Source: an uncultured Verrucomicrobiota bacterium
Lineage (GTDB): Bacteria > Verrucomicrobiota > Verrucomicrobiia > Limisphaerales > CAIMTB01
Length of the DNA stretch: 64,000 nucleotides
NCBI GenBank assembly: GCA_964608505.1
Contig: CAZSOV010000001.1
Span: forward strand, 32,630 to 96,629
Reading direction: 5' to 3'
Shown: one piece after another, positions 61,086-64,000 of the stretch
Layout of the letters: each line of letters starts with the position of its first letter
How positions within the stretch are numbered: position 1 is the first letter of the stretch
Notes under the pieces: generated by a model
Told to the model about the DNA's origin: nothing
What the model saw: only the letters and a program-made list of their open reading frames with translations
Database searches by the model: none
Program-made: the position numbers and the translations under genes

Positions 61086-63137
61086 TTACCGGGCCGACAC
61101 GCGGAAGAACTGACTTCCCGACCCGGCGGGCCCCAGGAAGGTCGCCTGATACCGACCGACGCCGAGATCCTCCACGGTGGCTCCGTCGAGGTTGCTCCAG
61201 GGACCCGAGGCCTCGGTCGCCGACTGGACCTGGAGCACGCCCGCAGTCCCCTGCTCGATCCCGAAGGCGAGATGCCATTGGCCCGCCACCGCGACCGAAG
61301 GTGTCAGGGCGCCCAGCCGAACGACCGCCGGAACCGGTTCTCCGGGCTGCGCGGTCCCCGCCAGCGCCGCGCCCCACGGATGCTGCCGATCCCCGACCAG
61401 CGCCCGGACCTGCAACAGGAAATCCCCGACCGTCTCGGGAACGAAATCGAAGCCGTGTCCGGCGGCAACCGTACCGATCTTCTCGCCGGAGAGTTCCTCC
61501 GCATCGGTGACGATGATTTCGTCGAGGCACCAGCCCGCCGTGGCCACCGTCTGGGGGAAATAGCTGCCCGACGAAAAGGTGTAAGCGAACCGGACCCGCA
61601 CCGTTTTTCCCGCATGGGCCGCGAGGGACAGCGTCCGGGTCGTGAAGCTCAACTCGCCCGAGGTCCCGGTCCCCGCCTGCGACCAGAGATCGGTCCAGCT
61701 TTGGCCGTCATCGGTCGAGATCTGGGCCCGGGCCACCTGGGCCACGGAGGCGAGGCCGAGGCGGCTGCCGAACCGAAGTTCGCTGGCGGCCCCCAGTCGG
61801 ATGGGAAAGGTGGTCCCGAGGTATTGAGCCTCGGGTTTGGGCATCGCGAGGTGAAACGACCAATTCCCGACCTGCCGGACGCCGGCAGTGATGGCGTTGT
61901 ACCCGGCCGAGGTGATCGGGCTCAAACGACCGAATCCGGATTCCGCCCCCTCGGTCGTCGTCCAGGCCATGCGCCCCAGGGAACGCCACTGATATCCGGT
62001 CGCGCCGCCGACCGGGGAGAAGACATACGGATTGGCCCGCCCGACGTAGGCGACCGAGGAACCACCCAGAACGGGCGCCGAATACACCGGGACATGGTCG
62101 ACCTTGACGTTGGTGTTGGCGGCGACGACGGCGGTCTTCCCCACCGGGGCCATGCCGGGCACCTCGAAGGTCACGGTGTACGTGCCGTTGCCGGCGACGG
62201 GCACCGAATACCCCCCGGACCGCGCGGTGACGGCTTGTTGGGCGGCGCCGATGACCCGGACCGCCACGCCGCCAAGGCCCTCCCCGACGTCATAGAACTG
62301 GTTGCCGTTGAGATCGTAGTAAACCACGCCGGTGACGAACGGTTTGGGGCCCGGCGCCGCCGAGAAATCCTGGGTGACCAACTGCGGTCCGACCCGTCCC
62401 TTGGTGCCCAGCACCACCCCGACCCCGATCTCGCGGAAGACCCCGTTGTGGAGCGAATTCCGGTGGCCCGGGGGGTTCTGGACTCCACCCGGCCCGGGGC
62501 CCCAGTCGACCTCGAAACCCACGTGCCCGTACCAGACGGATTTGGCGTACGAATACACGTTCTCGCCGTACGTCTGCCAGGTGTACCCCGCCCGGGTGAT
62601 GCGCTGCCCCGGGTCCGTGCCATCCGTGCCGTCGTGGCCCTGGAACTCGTTGGTGAACAGATCCAGGGAATGCGTCCGCGCCGCGGCCGTCAGTTGCGCG
62701 TTGATGGACAAGGGCCCCACCGGACTGATGGCCTGGTAGTCGCTGACGACCTTGTCCAAATCCACGCCGTAGAAGCGGTACGCCGAGAGGATCTCGGCGT
62801 CCGTGGTGGCGATCATGCGCTGCGCCTCGGCCGGGGGATCGGCCCGGGACCGGTTGATGAACTCGACGTACAACTGTTCCTCGTCGGTCGGTTCGCCGAT
62901 GGAATACAGCGCCGGCCCCGCCAGGCCGAGGCCCCGGCGCGATTCCGCGCCTTCACCGGTGTCGGTGCGGACGACGAACGGGGGATTCGGTGTCGGATGG
63001 AGGTGAACGTGGGCGGGCTCGGGCACCGGGGCGGGGACGACGGGGAAAGGCGAGGGATCGCCGAATACGACGCGGCTGCAATCGAGGGTCGCGACGGCAA
63101 TCCACGCCGCGGCGCCGGCAAGTCGGGTCTTGGCCAT
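61086..63137 (-). CDS. secreted CAP/SCP (PR-1-like) domain protein with large C-terminal beta-rich region
   Basis: ORF 61086..63290 trimmed to the ATG at 63135-63137 (MAKTRLAGAAAWIAVATL..). CAP region: FINRSRADP..LTAAARTHSLDLF..FQGHDG..GENVY..GHRNSLHNGVFREIGVGV. Confidence 0.8.
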   Translation of the reverse strand: MAKTRLAGAAAWIAVATLDCSRVVFGDPSPFPVVPAPVPEPAHVHLHPTPNPPFVVRTDTGEGAESRRGLGLAGPALYSIGEPTDEEQLYVEFINRSRADPPAEAQRMIATTDAEILSAYRFYGVDLDKVVSDYQAISPVGPLSINAQLTAAARTHSLDLFTNEFQGHDGTDGTDPGQRITRAGYTWQTYGENVYSYAKSVWYGHVGFEVDWGPGPGGVQNPPGHRNSLHNGVFREIGVGVVLGTKGRVGPQLVTQDFSAAPGPKPFVTGVVYYDLNGNQFYDVGEGLGGVAVRVIGAAQQAVTARSGGYSVPVAGNGTYTVTFEVPGMAPVGKTAVVAANTNVKVDHVPVYSAPVLGGSSVAYVGRANPYVFSPVGGATGYQWRSLGRMAWTTTEGAESGFGRLSPITSAGYNAITAGVRQVGNWSFHLAMPKPEAQYLGTTFPIRLGAASELRFGSRLGLASVAQVARAQISTDDGQSWTDLWSQAGTGTSGELSFTTRTLSLAAHAGKTVRVRFAYTFSSGSYFPQTVATAGWCLDEIIVTDAEELSGEKIGTVAAGHGFDFVPETVGDFLLQVRALVGDRQHPWGAALAGTAQPGEPVPAVVRLGALTPSVAVAGQWHLAFGIEQGTAGVLQVQSATEASGPWSNLDGATVEDLGVGRYQATFLGPAGSGSQFFRVSAR

Positions 63138-63609
63138 GACGGGGTGCAGGTTATCGCACCCCGCGAAAAAACGCCAACGCCGGGCGGGCCCCCACCCAGG
63201 GAGGACACCTGTTCCGCCCCTTTTGACCCCTTCCCGGGCGAGTCGAGGAGGCGGAGGGTATGGTGTGGACGAAAGGGTCCGCCTCTTCACCTCGACGACC
63301 TCCTCCCGGGCGCAGGCGTCCCGTCGTTGGAAGCGCGGCGCGGGGCCTCCGCCGCAGGGACGAGCCGGAGCGGGGCATTTCCGGATGCCTGCGGGCGACG
63401 GGCGGTGATCCTCCGTTGAATTCCCGGACCGGGCGGAACAGCGGACCCCGGCCAGCGATCGCGCCCGGGAGGCACAGAAAAGCGGTTACCTCCCGCGATC
63501 TTTCGTTCTTGGAGGGATGGAGCCTCCGGATGAACACCCGGCAGCGGAGCGCCGCCGTGCGTTCACCAGGATCCCGTCCGCTTACAGGCCAACACAGTCC
63601 CTGCCATCC

Positions 63610-64000
63610 ATGAGAATCCCCATCGTCCTCCTCGCCGCCGCGGCCGCTGCGTCGTCCGTCCAAGCCCAGACCATCTATTCCGAGACCTTCTCCGGCGCGG
63701 TCGGGGGTGAATGGTCGCACACCACGACCTCGATCACCCCGACTGGAGCAAGGCCGTTCCTCGGTCAGTTCGGTGCCACCACCGTGACGCTGTCGCTCTC
63801 CGGGTTGCCTGCGCACTCCGACGTGACCGTGTCGTTGGACCTCTTTGTGATCCGGACATGGGACGGCAACGGCCTCGGCCCAGGCGATGAGGACCGCTTC
63901 AGGGTGTCGCTGGGGGATGGTGGAACCCAGACCGTCGTGTCGGACAAGAGCCTCTCGAACACCCATCTTTCCCAATCACATCCGGATTCCCTCACCTCCG
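63610..64000 (+). CDS. secreted hypothetical protein, 5' part only (runs off the right edge)
   Basis: Absent from the ORF track because there is no stop in the window. The ATG at 63610 gives MRIPIVLLAAAAAASSVQAQTIYSETFSGAVGGEWSHTTTSITP..VTVSLDLFVIRTWDGNG.., open to the window end. The N-terminus is signal-peptide-like. Confidence 0.6.
   Translation, partial: MRIPIVLLAAAAAASSVQAQTIYSETFSGAVGGEWSHTTTSITPTGARPFLGQFGATTVTLSLSGLPAHSDVTVSLDLFVIRTWDGNGLGPGDEDRFRVSLGDGGTQTVVSDKSLSNTHLSQSHPDSLTS

Overview
Very GC-rich bacterial chromosomal segment; codon third positions are almost all G/C, which creates many long spurious antisense ORFs in the track. The gene content (PEP-CTERM-like tail, TIGR02999-like ECF sigma next to a Ser/Thr kinase with WD40 repeats, GH44, paired MacB-type permeases) suggests a Verrucomicrobiota/PVC-type organism, but this is inference only. 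Positions 1-28835 form one tightly packed minus-strand operon for a complete phage-tail-like contractile injection system (eCIS). In 5'->3' order it encodes: sheath, tube, double-CxxC accessory protein, Pro-rich ruler candidate, DUF4255 cap, AAA+ ATPase, a 131-aa orphan, a 2650-aa protein with two DUF4157/HExxH modules, a tube-like adaptor, a LysM/gpX-like protein, a gpD-like hub, a gpV/VgrG-like spike, a PAAR-like DUF4280 protein, gp25, and two gpJ-like wedge proteins. These are followed by a 189-bp tandem hairpin-repeat array and a gpI-like protein that runs off the left edge and is missing from the ORF track. The giant double-DUF4157 protein, sitting in the middle of the structural genes, is my top candidate for something undescribed. 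The remainder (29-64 kb) is mostly ordinary: secreted hypotheticals, an SDR, an EF-hand membrane protein, a REC plus DHp-DHp-REC-cyclase pair, a Gfo/Idh/MocA oxidoreductase, ECF sigma plus STK-WD40, GH44, dnaK, two P-type ATPases, transaldolase, a J-domain protein, a DUF892 protein, two FtsX/MacB permeases and a CAP-domain protein. I also see two unexplained dispersed repeat families: GC hairpin REP-like units, and a 25-mer containing TATAAATAAGTGGGACTGACCCC. I saw no tRNA, rRNA, CRISPR array, transposase or integrase.
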